A stretch of DNA of 64,000 nt from Squalus acanthias (GCA_030390025.1 CM059431.1:106394001-106458000), one strand, 5' to 3'; positions 37,986 through 50,557 are shown, counted from the first letter of the stretch. Numbers and translations are program-made. Notes: generated by a model not told the origin, from the sequence alone.

Positions 37986-38766
37986 TTTTACTCCCGGCTT
38001 TGCTCGCAGCTGTGTCTTGGAGATTAATCTTTAATTCCTGGAGACTCCTGGGCAATCTTGGAGGGTTGGCAACCCTAGTCTAACGGCTCGTGGTTGGGCC
38101 TCATCTAAATACTTTGGACGAGCTGTGTGTACTTGAAAGCCTTACCTTTGGTTATGTCTTTTAGTTGTCCAGCCTATCTCCACATATCTATTGTAAGTTA
38201 AGTCAAACTCTTCCTAAGCACTGAATACGGTAGCCAAATACCACTCTAGAAGTTATATGTAGAACAAACCAGGCTGGAGATCCAGTTCCCATTACCTACT
38301 TTCCAATTCATTTTGCACTCCGCACAATAGATGAATAATGTGATGGGGCTTTGTATTTTATGAAAAATCCCAATGCATTGTAAACAACTGCTGTTACTAA
38401 TAAAAAGCCATGCTACTGATCTACAGAACACCACCAAGCAAGCTCAAAGGATTTAATGAAATAGCTGTGCTATAATTTAGAAGACTGACTAAAAATTGGC
38501 TAAACTCAAGCTGCTTACTTCCACTACACTATGCTAGAATTTACACTGCCCAGTGATAAGCAATATGATCTAACCTTTCTAAATGTCACTTCATTGAATC
38601 TGATGTCGTGCCTTGATATGACAGATTTCTTTGCGCATTTTAATTATTTTAATGTCATAATATTGAACATTAATCAAATAATAATGAAAATATCAAGACA
38701 TTATATAATTATAGGAGGCTACACACCACTGCCAGAAGATCTGCTTGTTGCCAAACTGGTGCTGTA

Positions 38767-38971
38767 ATGGAATAGCAAAATACTGCGGATGCTGGAAATC
38801 CGAAATAACAACAGAAAACGCTGGAAAAACTCAGCAGGCCAGGCAGCATCTGTGGAGAGAGAAACAGAGTTAACGTTTCAGGTCGAAGACGAAAGGTCTT
38901 CGACCTGAAACGCTAACTCTGTTTCTCTCTCCACGGATGCTGCCTGGCCTGCTGAGTTTTTCCAGTGTTTT
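38767..38971. mobile_element. Penelope family A fold-back pLTR insertion (tail plus palindrome)
   Basis: 79-bp arms 38812-38890 and 38896-38974; 11-bp TSD ctggtgctgta (38756-38766, 38972-38982); matches the pLTR at 22119-22221. Confidence 0.88.
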
Positions 38972-39164
38972 CTGGTGCTGTACTGGACTGTTCTGAGGTA
39001 CAGACTGAAGCTCACAGAGCGTAGAGTAAAGAGCTTTACTCAGACTGTGGCATATTCCCTGACTAGGGAGGGTGGGTGGTGTAAATCAATAGGCCTCCAT
39101 TGTGCCAGGTATATACAGGGTGCTCTGGATTTCACTGGAACTCAGAACACCACTGTTCATGTGC

Positions 39165-39425
39165 AAGGATTTTTTCATCGCTTCACCATTGGTGGTCGTG
39201 CCTTCAGCTGTCTCGGCCCTAAGCTCTGGAATTCCCTCCCTAAACCTTTCTGCCTCTCTACTTCTCTCTCCTCCTTTAAGTCACTCCTTAAAACCGACAG
39301 CTTTGACCAAGCTTTTGGTCACCTGTCCTAACATCTCCTAATGTGGCTCGGTGTCAAATTTTGTTTGATAATGCTCCTGTGAAGCGCCTTTACCTAGGCG
39401 CTACATAAATGAAAGTTGCTGTTGT
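39165..39425 (+). mobile_element. L2 LINE 3' fragment
   Basis: TIGGRAFSCLGPKLWNSLP...FDQAFGHL; gttgctgttg tail. Confidence 0.9.
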
Positions 39426-41627
39426 CTTATATACAACGTGGAAAAGTCCAGTGATGCTCTCAGTAGATGGTGTGTCTAGCCATCATTATTAGGCTAGCAA
39501 ACATTTTATTTACTTACTGATGCGTAATCTACTGACTGAGGAATCAATCATACCTGGGTCTCCAGTGCAAGAGATACTTGATAATGGTCGAAAGTAACAT
39601 CCCTCCTCCTGACAAGATGGCTGGGCTTAGGAACTGTGAATGCCAAGCCATGTTTTAGCTCCCTATGGATTAGCGTGATGGTGCTCTAACTTGCTACGCC
39701 ATTAGTTTTGATGTTGCACTTGCACCATCTTAACGTTGATATATGCTTGCACCATTTTTAAAAAAAACTGGGTTCACTCAAATATTCCAAACAATCCGGA
39801 TGTGCCTTCTGACACTTCGAAATCCCAAAATTGCTGTATTCGGACCATTGTGAGGACGAGTGACATTGAAGGACAGCGGTAGGTTAATCGGCCATTTTCT
39901 CCTCTAAAAAAATATGTGGTTCGGATATTCTTCGCATTCATTATAGTGAGGCCCTTTCTACATCTCTGGAAATATTTAATTTTCTTAAAAGGAAAGGGCC
40001 GGGCTCAAGAAGCATTCAAGTGGCAAAAGTGGCGATATGAATTATTGGAACATGAAATGTCTGCGCTGCCTCTCAAAAGTGCAGCATTCATCAGAGCAGA
40101 CATTCAATTTAAAATGGAAAATACCTCTGCAGTGTTCTTAAAGCCTAGTTTAGAAAATTCAATTGCATGTCTATCAAAAATGAACTGCAGTTGAGCCTGT
40201 TCAACTGAAATACTGTATGTGTTTCTCATTTGTGCCCAGTACTGGGACGGCAAGTTTCTCCCCCCTGCCCCTCTCCCGTGTTCTTTCCCTTTCATCCTGA
40301 CGGATTCTTCTTCTGTTCACTGTATAATAATGAGACCCCACAGTGAGCGCAGGTTATAAATAAAAACTGGGACTAAGTATAGCATTTTTGCAGTTATATA
40401 CAAACCGAACACAAACAAGGCAGCCCTGCATGCGTCCCTTATGCCCTTCACTCACACCTTTTTTTTTGCAATTTGAAACTGGGCCTTGCTCGAGCCAGCT
40501 AACTCTCCACCAACTAGATTCTATCTAGTTGAAACTGCAAAAAGATGGCGCTCCTAATAACGTAAATATGAATTAGCATTCTCGATTTGTTCCACATTCT
40601 ACTCGGTAGTCCTCTTTGGCGCATCATTTGGAAAGGTTGTAAAGCTCAGTCACGCAATTAAGAGGGACGTACTGTAGCTCTTTTCCCATCCAAACGCCCC
40701 TTTCATAAGAACAAAAGAAGCAAGAGCAGGAGCAGGCCCCCTTTCCTGTTCCTATGTTCCTATCTGTCATTCTGCTTTCAAAGTCGAGCGTTCCATCCAG
40801 TTTCTTTTTGAAGACGGATTCATCTGCACATGTGTGTGAACACACGTGTATGTACGCTCATCCGTGATGGCGCCCATCCACACCACATGCTTCTGTAATT
40901 TATCTCTGATCTGAGCGAGCAGCGCAGGAGCTGCAGACGCCATCAGTAATGCAACGCACACTCTGCCTGGCAAATGAAATGTAACAGCAAGTGCTATAAT
41001 CAATAACAATATAATATTCTTCCCTAAATAATGATACAACAGCACCAGTCTGTTGAGGAGGGATGAATAATTCAGCAGATGGTTCTCTAGTACTCCAGTT
41101 TATGCCTAAAGCCCTTCTGCTTAACCAAACACCCAGCACTGCAGGCTCTGCACATTCTGTTACGTCTCACTGTGCGATAGTGGGTGGAAAAGCTATCTGT
41201 CACACACTTTAAATCAATATTGTAAAAGCCCTAACATCAAACATGAAAAAAAAAATGAAAACCCTTACTGGAAGTATATTAAATAAAAATTAATAAGTAG
41301 AATAAATTCACAAGTTGTACCCTTGGCATGGTACGAGTGGCTTAGAATGCACGTACTGGGTCAGAATGGGACTGAAACGTCTTCAGCCGTACTTGCTGCA
41401 ACAGAGAAGTTTATACTAGCACAGAATAGTCAGGCACTTGGCAGAGAGCTGCTTGGGTCAACTTGGAATGTAAAGCAAGAGGACAAAAGACAGATGGTAG
41501 CAGGTTACATGGAGCAAAAAAAAGAGAGGTGTCAACATGTTACATGGAGAAAATAAAATGGGTCATACTGCAGTACATGGCTGTTACAGAATGAAGATGT
41601 TCTGATAGCATTATCCTGGCCTGGCCA

Positions 41628-41858
41628 TCGTCCTGGCCCAATAGTTATCCCTCAACCAACATAACAAAAAAAATCAGATTACCTGGTCATTATCACATTG
41701 CTGTTTGTGGGAGCTTGCTGCGCGCGAATTGGCTGCCGCGTTTCCCACATCACAACAGTGACTACACACCAAAAGTACTTTGTTGGCTGCAAAGCGCTTT
41801 GAGGCGTCCGGTGGTCGTGAAAGGCGCTATATAAATGTAAGTCTTTCTTTTTTTCTTT
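41628..41858 (+). mobile_element. Deu-domain SINE, 3' half
   Basis: Family match. Confidence 0.85.
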
Positions 41859-42214
41859 CATTAACTGGTGAAGACCTTGAGATTGTGTTCCAGCCTCTAA
41901 CACACTCTCTTTTTTTTATTTTTTATATGCTATATATGTTGCACTCTTCCATTTTATATTTGGTGTCAGTGAATCCTGTTATTCGGTTATATCGGTTATT
42001 CTAAAGATCTGATTTTGCCGCCTAGCAATATTTTGAGCACCAAAGATTTGCATCCTATGATGGGAGATGGTTTGTTGAAAAAATAATGCACCATGTAATT
42101 CCAGGATGGTCACTATCTCGTATACATTGCAGATTGATCAGGAATTACTACCAATGAGAACCCACTTGGTCATTTTACTCATTTGCCTCAGCTTGCATTT
42201 AATAAGTAGCAGGT

Positions 42215-42380
42215 GTCTCCAATTCTGGTCTGCATATTACACAAAGGATATAGAGGCACTGGAGTCGGTGCCAGAAATATTTACAAGAATGATACCAGAA
42301 CTGATAGGGTATACCCTATCAGGGAAGACTCAACAGGCTCGGGCTCTTTTCTCTAGAAAAGACAAGGCTGAGGGCTGACC
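42215..42380 (+). mobile_element. CR1 fragment interrupted by a Vingi-like LINE (resumes at about 43026-43054)
   Basis: QFWSAYYTKDIEALESV...FTRMIPEL; ctgatagaggtctttaaaattatg follows the insertion. Confidence 0.7.
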
Positions 42381-43025
42381 TTCTTCTTTCGTATGGCAGT
42401 AACAAAGCAAATCAAATGTCAATATCTAAGTCAGATATCCAGGCCAAAGCTTCTGCTGTAACAGCGTGGATATCTTGTAGGCTGCCTGCGAATTTCCTCT
42501 GAGGGCAGTGCTCAATGATGTGCTCCAGGGTCTGATCAGGAGCTCCACAGTCGCATGATGGGGATGCTTTAATCTTCCACCTATGGAGAAGGTGGCAGCA
42601 TCTACCATGACTGGTTCTGAGGCGGTTGATTGTTGTCCACTGTTTGCGAGGAAGGTTTGATCCTTCAGGTTGTACTGTGGGGTCCTCTAAGGAATCCATT
42701 CCGTATGTCACAGTTCTTCGAAGCATTTCGTCATCGGTCATCAAGGCTGAGGGGAGATCGTTGAAGGCGACGGTCCGAAATGGCCTTCTAGATTTGAGAC
42801 GGGTTGGTGGTAGGTTGCTCAAGTCAACCTGGATCGGCAAGTCTTTGCTGGTGTGGCAGTTGTATTCTCTGGCGACTGCATATTCGCGGAGTAGGTGTGG
42901 TGGTGCGATGTTTGCAAGCACAGGCAGCCAAGGTGTTGGTGTCGATAAAAGCGTGATAATTCTCATAGTAGAATTCAGCTGGACATCAACGGATTTGACA
43001 TGCAGACTTGATAGCCATGCCGGAG
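42381..43025 (-). mobile_element. Vingi/Ingi-like (I-group) LINE 3' fragment
   Basis: STPTPWLPVLANIAPP...WTTINRLRTSHGRC...CDCGAPDQTLEHIIEHCP C-terminal zinc knuckle; 3' end gccatacgaaagaagaa. Confidence 0.8.
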
Positions 43026-43054
43026 GTGTCCTGATAGAGGTCTTTAAAATTATG

Positions 43055-44212
43055 GCCCGCAATTGGCGGTCAGTGGCAAAGCTAAGGCACTCGCCTCTGA
43101 CCTCAAAAAAAAAAACTGCCCACAGAGATCTCGCAAGAAGTTTGCCTTTCTCAACGTACAACTGATTGAAGTGAAGTCTGCGAAGAGCTGCAGCAACATC
43201 AAAAAGCTAAGCAGCCAATCACATTGAAGAATTCTCACAGACAGCAAACCAGGAAATGAAAAACAGCTTTTATCCGCACTTTTTAAAAATGTTACAGAGA
43301 GAGAAATAAAGATCGGGACTTTCACATGGGGGGAAAAGGTAGAAGATGAAATATCATAAGAACATAAGAAATAGGAGCAGGAGTAGGCCATTTGGCACTT
43401 CGATCCTGCTCCGCCATTCAATAAGCTGATCTTCTACCTCAACTCCACTTTCCTGCACTATCCCCATATCCCTTGATTCCCTTAATATTCGAAAATCTAT
43501 CGATCTCAGTCTTGAATATACTCAACGACTGAGCCTCCACAGCCCTCTGGGGTAGAGAATTCCAAAAATTCACCACCCTCTGAGTGAAGAAATTTCTCCT
43601 CATCGCAGTCCTAAATAGCCGACCTCTTATTCTGAGTCTGTGACCCCTGGTTCTAGACTCCCCAGCCAGGGGAAACATCCTCCCTGCATCTACCCTGTCA
43701 AGCCCTGTAAGAATTTTGTATGTTTCAATGAGATCACCTCTCATTCTTCTTAACTCTAGAGAAGATAGGCCTAGTCTACTCAATCTCTCTTCATAGGACA
43801 ATGAACAAACTTTAAAAAAAAAACTTTTTTATGTTTTTTAAAAATTGTAATTTTTATTATAATGGAGAAATTTGACTTTCCACAGGTATAAAAATTAGTT
43901 TTTCAGGGCCAGAAAGTTTGTTTAGCAGTGAATACGTGGTTAAAACCCCAGTTACACCTATTCCAACCAGGCTCAATGTTTAATGGGGTGTTCAACAGCG
44001 ATATTACTGTGGAAAAGCACAAGTTTTCCTCACTTCCACTGATTACACTGATTGCCGTCTTTGGGGATGGGGCGGGAGTCCACAGTGCAGCCAGCGTCGG
44101 AGCAGGGAATGACCGGCCGCAACTTCAGGATTTCCGTGCTTATCTACACACGCGCTAAATCCTGAAGTTGCGGTCAGTTTCAGTGGGGTGATGATGGCGA
44201 AATCGGGGCCGA
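43055..44212. mobile_element. Probable DNA-transposon remnant hosting a CR1 insertion
   Basis: ggcccgcaatt / aaatcggggcc ends; repeated gcggtcagt; internal inverted repeat gaccggccgcaacttcaggattt / aaatcctgaagttgcggtc. Confidence 0.45.
43355..43801 (-). mobile_element. CR1 LINE 3' fragment
   Basis: ORF 43439-43801 MSYEERLSRLGL...RVVNFWNSLPQ; cataagaa tail. Confidence 0.95.
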
Positions 44213-44566
44213 TGAAGGGGTTTGATAGGCTGCACCTAGAGAAGATGTTTCCACTGTGTGGGGAAGAGCAAAACTAGGGGTCATAAATATAAGATAGTCA
44301 CTAACAAGGAATTCAGGAGAAATCTCTTTACCCAGAGAGTGGTGAGAATGTGGAACTCGCTGCCACAGGGAGTGGTTATGGGGAATAGTATAGATGCATT
44401 TAAGGGACAGCGAGATAAGCACATGAGGGAGAGAGGAATAGAAGGATATGCTGATGGGGTTAGATGAAGTAGGGTGGGAGGAGGCTTGTGTGGAGCATAA
44501 ACACTGGTATAGACCAGTTGGACAGAATGGCCTGTTTCTGTGCTGTAAATTCTATGTAATTCTATG
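44213..44566 (+). mobile_element. CR1 LINE 3' fragment
   Basis: TRGHKYKI...FTQRVVRMWNSLPQ; attctatgt tail. Confidence 0.9.
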
Positions 44567-44850
44567 AAGGTGAAATCAATCGACAATCATTTTCAAAGCT
44601 GTGATATGATAGTAAAAGAAGGGCTGGCAATACATCAAGGTGCATGAGAAAGTTTAATTTCACTTATACCGGACTTGCACCTACTGGAAACAGGCTGTTG
44701 ACACCTGAAATCAAATAATTACCATTTTCTGTCTGTTGGTTATCTAGTTGATTATTGGGTTCTTGATTTATTCGGATACATTCAGTAAGTCTGTGTTGGT
44801 GTGCAGCCTCGAGAGGCACAAATGTGGGTCACAGATAGGACTAAAACACT

Positions 44851-45500
44851 GTGGGGTCGAATTTCCACTGGGGTCTCCTGATCTCCCACTGTAATTTCAG
44901 CAGATGATCAGCGGAAAACCTGCAGAAACAGTGTAGGTGGCCATTTAAAACCAAATGAAAGTTTTGCATTTGTATAGCGCCACACCCCTAAGTGGTTTAC
45001 AGCCAATGAAGTGCTTTTGAAATATAGTCGCTGCAGTAATATAGGAAACATGGCAGCCAATCTGCACACAGCAAGCTCCCACAAACAGCGATGTGACAAT
45101 GACCAGATAATTTGTTTTAGTGATGTTGGTTAGGGGATAAATATTGTCCAGGACAGCAGGGTGAACTCTCCTGCTCTTCTTCGAAATAGTGCCATTGGAT
45201 TTTTTACGTTCACCTAACAGGGCAGACGGGGACTCGGTTTAAGGTCTCATCTGAAAGACGGCACCTCTGACACGCCAATGCAGTACTGAGGGAATGCTGC
45301 ACTGTCAGCCTAGATTTCATGCTCAAGTCTCATGGAGTGGGACTTGAGCCCACCACCTTCTAACTCGGAGGCGAGAGTGCTACCCACTGAGCCACAGCGG
45401 ACATATTCAGGACTTTTCTCCGGGGTTTCCATCGATCTGCCGCCAATATTATGGCAGGAGAATGGGAGAACCCCCATGGAATTTCCAGCGGTATAGCCCC
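44851..45500. mobile_element. Palindromic MITE-like element split by a Deu SINE
   Basis: Left arm 44851-44935 (gcagatgatcagcggaaaacc) mirrors right arm 45410-45490 (ggtttccatcgatctgc). Confidence 0.55.
44955..45398 (-). mobile_element. Deu-domain SINE, full length
   Basis: Reverse-complement family match. Confidence 0.9.
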
Positions 45501-45807
45501 AACTCTCTGACCTACACTTGCATTTAACTAGCCTGTGCACCAGGAGTGCAGCCTCGCTGAAATGACCCTATTATGTACGATCTGTTACCAATTTACCAGA
45601 TTAAAATGGTGATAATGTTGAAGCAAATCTGTCTCTGTTGAAATGTTGCCACCTTGAAGTACATTTATTACATGGTAGTAATGCTCCCATATGTGGATTT
45701 CAGTGGCGTAGCAATTATGATTCTCACTTCCTGGTGTGTTGGACTGGGAGCAATAAACAACAGCAGAGTGGTAATATTGCTTTCAGAATGTTCTGCAATC
45801 ATTACAC

Positions 45808-46157
45808 ATCAGCTGGGGCTCAGTGGCTAGCTCTCTCGCCTCTGAGTCAGAAGGTTGTGGGTTCAAGTACCACTCCAGAGACTGGAGCACAAAAATCTAG
45901 GCTGACACTCCAATGCCTTCTTTCGGATGAGACGTTTCGAGGCCCCATCTGCCCTGTTAGGTGGATGTAAAAGATCCAATGGTACTATTTCGAAGAAGAG
46001 CAGGGGAGTTCGTCCTGGCCAATATTTATCCCTCAATCAATATAACAAAAACCAATTATCAGGTCATTATCACATTGCTGTTTGTTGGAGCTTGCTGTGT
46101 GCAATTGGTTGCCACAGTGACTACACTGCAAAAGTACTTCATTGGCTGTAAAGCGCG
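45808..46157 (+). mobile_element. Deu-domain SINE with deletions
   Basis: Family match. Confidence 0.87.
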
Positions 46158-46409
46158 TCATTTGTACAGCTTTGCTGTGATAACCAGAGAGAACAAGATC
46201 AAACCAGTTGTACAGTGAGAGCAAGAAAGCAGAGAGTAAAAAATTCACCATCTACAACTTGCAACCTCTGTATAGTTTCTTCATTAATACGGACACACGA
46301 ATTACCAGGATGGAAGTCGTGACAGGGAAATCTGCTTGCAACGTAAATCACTCGTCTTCTGAATTCACAGCCGTGTTGCTAGACAGCTCAAAAATAGAGG
46401 GCCTTGTAT

Positions 46410-47680
46410 GATACTAAGTTAGGCAGCAGAGTAAGCTGTGTAAATGGGAGAAGGAAGTTACAAAGGGACATTGAGATTAAGTGAGTGGGCAAAACTATGG
46501 CAGATGGAGTTCAGTGTGGGTAAATGCGAGGCCATCCAGTTTGGACCTTAAAAAAAAGGACAATTTGGAATTTGGGTACAAAAAGCAATCAAAATGGCTA
46601 ATAATGACATGTTGGCCTTTATCTTTTTTTTTATTTGTTTATGGGATGTGGGCATCACTAGCAAGGCCAGCATTTATTGCCCATCCCTAACTGCCCTTGA
46701 GAAGGTGGTGGTGAACCGCCTTCTCGAACCACTGCAGTCTGTGTGGTGAAGGTACTCCCACAGTGCCGTTAGGGAGGGAGTTCCAGGATTTTGACCCAGC
46801 GACGATGAAGGAACAGCGATATACTTCTAAGTCAGGATGGTGTGTGACTTGGAGGTGGTGGTGTTCCCATGCGCCTGCTGCCCTTGTCCTTCTAGGTGGA
46901 AGAGGTCGCAGGTTTGGGAGGTGCTGCTGGAGAAGCCTTGGCGAGTTGCTGCAGTGCATCTTGCAGCCACGGTGCGCTTGTGGTGGATGGGGTGCCAATC
47001 AAGCAGGCTGCTTTGTCCTGAATGGTGTCGAGCTTCTTGAGTGTTGTTGGAGCTGCACTCATCCAGGCAAGTGGAGAGTATTCCATCACACTCCTTACTT
47101 GTGCTTTGTAGATGGTAGAAAGGCTTTGGGGAGTCAGGAGGTGAGACACTCGCCGCAGAATACTCAGCCTCTGACCTGGCTGGTCCAGTTAAATTTCTGG
47201 TCAATGGCGACCCCCAGGATGTTGATGGTGGGCGATCTCAAGTGGGCTGGAGTACAGGGGAGGAAGTTATGCTCCAGTTGTACAGAGCTTTGGTCAGACC
47301 TCATCTGGACTACTGCATTCGGTTTTGGGCACTGCAGCTCAGGAAAGATATATTCCCTCGAGTTTAAAAGTTTGAGGGGTGATCTAAGCAAGGTGTTTAA
47401 AATGATCAAGAGTTTTGATAGGGTAGCTGGAAATTGCCTCTGGGGTGGGAATCCAGAACAAGGGGGCATAGTCTTAAAATTAGAGCTAGTCCAGTTAAAT
47501 TAGGAAGCACTTTTTCACACAAAGTGTAGTCAAAATAATGTTCAACACTGCGATCGATAGATATTATTTAGGTAAGGTATCAAGGGATTTGGAGAAAAGG
47601 CAGGTAAATAGAGTTGAGGTGCTGATCAACCATGACCTAGCAGAATGGTGGAACAGGCTCGAGGGGCTGAATGGCCTATA
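46410..47680 (+). mobile_element. Degenerate CR1 fragment, interrupted at 46625-47235
   Basis: tggcagatggagttc (WQMEF), ttggtcagacctcatctggactactg (LVRPHLDYC) and a CR1 3' UTR. Confidence 0.8.
46625..47235 (-). mobile_element. CR1-group LINE 3' fragment (family of 634-1135)
   Basis: SLSTIYKAQVRSVMEYSPLAWMSAAPTTLKKLDTIQDKAACLIG; INILGVAIDQKFNWT. Confidence 0.85.
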
Positions 47681-48449
47681 TGCAATGTTTTAAAATCACT
47701 AAAATTTTAGTTATAAAGTAGACGATTTACTCTGGTACTTGTAGTGAAATCATAAATGTGAGCATAAAGAACAAGTTTGCAATTTTGTCGCAAACAGGGA
47801 AAAGGGAAATCTTCCCCCAGAAAATCTAGGCCCTGCCTGAACAATCTGCCTAAAATATGTTGGCAAAACGTACCTGGCAAATACAGCACCAGAGACAACA
47901 AGAGCAAGCCAATTGTAAAATGAGTGTAAGAAAGCTAAGCGTAAAAGATCCACCCTCCACAACTTGCAGTGTGTGTGTGGTTTCCTCATTAGCATGTTTA
48001 TTTGTTACTGTTTGTTTGGTAACACAAAAAGCAAAGATGTAAATGGCATTCAACCAAATTATCATCTTACTTGTGTGTGCGACCATTGTAACAAAAATGT
48101 TATACAGCTCCTTTGACTTAAACTAACAAAACATGATTCACCATTTTAAGATGATGCCCTTTATTTTCATTTGCATTAGATTTCTTTGTATTATCCATTT
48201 TAGAATCTGCATACTTAGATTTTTCGTGTAGCGCCATGGTAACCTTTAATTTAAAAGAAAAATACATGATTTATAAAGTTGCTTAGAAATTAATCTTGCT
48301 GCTAGCAAATGCTGGAGGTAAGCACTCGAGTAATATAGTCAGATTTCAAAGGGCAGTGTTGAAACAAACAGCTTTTTAAAAACTGGCTGGGTGAAGGAAT
48401 TCTGATAGATTGAGAAATGTACCAATGAGACTGATCCATTGGCAATTCA

Positions 48450-48700
48450 GTGGCCCCGATTTTAACTCCAGGTGGATTCCCCGCTCAGGCCTGAGCTAAT
48501 GTTGCAGTCGGGTCTCAGTGATGTCATCGGGCAGCAGCAATTAAAGAAGGACCCTGTTGGCTCTGGGCATGTGTCCTTGCTGCCTGCTCAGGAGAACAGG
48601 TTAAAATTGCAGATGAATTTCGGACAGGCAAGCGCCAGGGCGATTTTAACTGCCCTGCCCACCCGCCGGGTTTCTGCTGAGCGAGTAGGGTTGAAATAAA
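48450..48700. mobile_element. MITE-like GC-rich element
   Basis: gattttaactcc / gggttgaaat ends; internal gttaaaattgc / gcgattttaac. Confidence 0.45.
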
Positions 48701-49236
48701 CTCGCATGTGCAGGGATTTTAAAACACCTGCTAGTGGATACGGAACATTTGTTTCCATGCTGTTGGCGAACAAATTCTTTTTTTAAAAAAACTATTTATT
48801 ATCAACATTTGTCTGACACTGCAACAACGTTCTATTCACATTGAAAGTGCTCACACTAAAGCTAAGGCAGACCACAGGGTACAGACTCAGTCTTTGGGCC
48901 AGTGAACACAGAGCCAGTACCGCAGCTGAAATATGTGTTGGCAGGAGGTAGAATATAACATTATGTGGTGCGGACGGACATCGTGACGTCAGAAAATGCT
49001 CGGGTAAAAATGTATGTTTCATTGAGTTTGTGACTGCAACCATCTAACTATCAGAATGGTGGAATGCAATTACACACATTTACTGCATCTCAGTCCACCC
49101 CTGTTTAAGACGATTCCCTCACTTGCAAAATCACTAATCCTGAGCTAGATGAGATCCAAGTTGATACTTTCAAACTATCAGCTGCAATACCTCAGTGTAA
49201 AAATGGCCATCAATCCACCTGCTTCTGTAGTGTTTT

Positions 49237-49722
49237 CATAGAAACATACAGCACAGAAGGAGGCCATTCGGCCCAAGGTGCCTGTGCTGGCTCTTTGAAA
49301 GACTTATCCAATTCGAGCGACCCCCTGCTCTTTCCCCATAGCCCTGCCATGTTTTTCCTTTTCAAATATTTATCCAATTCCCTTTTGAAAGTTACTACTG
49401 AATCCACTTCCACCAGCCTTTCAGACAGTGCATTCAAGATGATAACAATTAGCTGAGTAAAAAAATAAATCTCCTCATCTCCCCCTCTGGGTCTTTGGCC
49501 AATTACCTTAAATCTGTGTCCTCTGGCTGCCGACCCTCCTGCCTGTGGAAAGTTTCTTCCTATTTACTCTATCAAAACCCATCATAATTTTGAACATCTC
49601 TATTAATTCTTCCCTTAACCTTCGCTGCTCTGAGGAGAACAATCCCAGCTTCTCTCGCGTTTCCACAGAACTGAAGTCCCTCGTCCCTGGTACAATTCTA
49701 GTAAATCTCCTCTTGTACCCTC
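49237..49722 (-). mobile_element. CR1 LINE 3' fragment
   Basis: NALSERLVEVDSVVTFKRELDKYL; catagaaa tail. Confidence 0.9.
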
Positions 49723-49980
49723 CTTTTCAGCATTCTGTGTTGAACAGACAGACTACAGCGAGAGCTTTGGCATAATTAAATGCACAGCCACCCTGAAAGC
49801 CAATCTCATCTCTTGTAACCTTTGGAGACGCAAACATACAATCCTATTCACTGTTATCTTCCAAAGTGTTTTCCTGTGGGTTGCCCAATTTGTCACTATG
49901 GTGATTGAAGCTAAAAATATGATTGATGTCTCCGATTCCCATTCCATTGGTTATTTCCAACATGCTTTCTTTACTTGCAA

Positions 49981-50112
49981 GAACATAGGAACAGGAGGAG
50001 GCCATTCAGCCTCTAGGGCCTGTTCAGCCATTCAATTAGATCCTGGCTGATCTGTATCTTAACTCCATCAACCAGCCTTGGTTCCGTAACCCTTAATACC
50101 CTTGTCTAACAA
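49981..50112 (-). mobile_element. CR1 3' UTR fragment
   Basis: Matches 20320-20455. Confidence 0.8.
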
Positions 50113-50361
50113 AAATAAAAATAAGAAAGGGAAGAGGGATCACTGTAATCCCTTTGGGTGGATTTGACTCTAAACCAAATAGTAGCTTGGCTCGAAGGAT
50201 CATATTTAGCTGAGTTAGAGCAAATTCAAGAATCTTTTGTCTTTGTCTCTTAAAGCCTGTGAAGATTTCAGTTGGAAGCCTGTATTGGCTTCATTCCTCT
50301 GTCTGGCCACCTCGGAGCACATCGCAACTTTACCAAGAGCATCTCTGCCCTCCTACCTGAG

Positions 50362-50557
50362 TGAGAAGTCGCACAACACCAGGTTATAGTCCAACAGCTT
50401 TATTTGAAATCACAAGCTTTCGGAGCGCTGCACCTGACGAAGGAGCAGCTATCCGAAAGCTTGTGATTTCAAATAAAGCTGTTGGACTATAACCTGGTGT
50501 TATGCGACTTCTCACTTTTGTCCACCCCAGTCCAACACCGGCATCTCCGCATCATGG
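50362..50557. mobile_element. Penelope family B fold-back pLTR insertion with a shortened centre
   Basis: 12-bp TSD ctcctacctgag (50350-50361, 50558-50569); arms and tail nearly identical to 20915-21132; plus-strand hammerhead motif at 50431-50465. Confidence 0.88.

Larger units (their letters stand above)
36105..38077. mobile_element. hAT-like MITE split by nested CR1 and Harbinger-like insertions
   Basis: TIRs tagggttgcca / tggcaacccta. The halves 36105-36402 and 37986-38077 join to match the reverse complement of 11030-11421. Diverged 8-bp TSD atctgatg / gtctaacg. Confidence 0.8.

Noticed and set aside
39548..39630. Possible minus-strand exon ending CAG|gtatga
   Set aside because: Weak polypyrimidine tract and an unrecognised peptide; no support.
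43026..43161. N-terminal part of the 249-aa ORF 42412-43161
   Set aside because: It lies outside the Vingi-like homology and reads through CR1 and other repeat sequence.
46763..47503. 246-aa plus-strand ORF
   Set aside because: It spans the antisense strand of one LINE and an out-of-frame CR1; not a gene.
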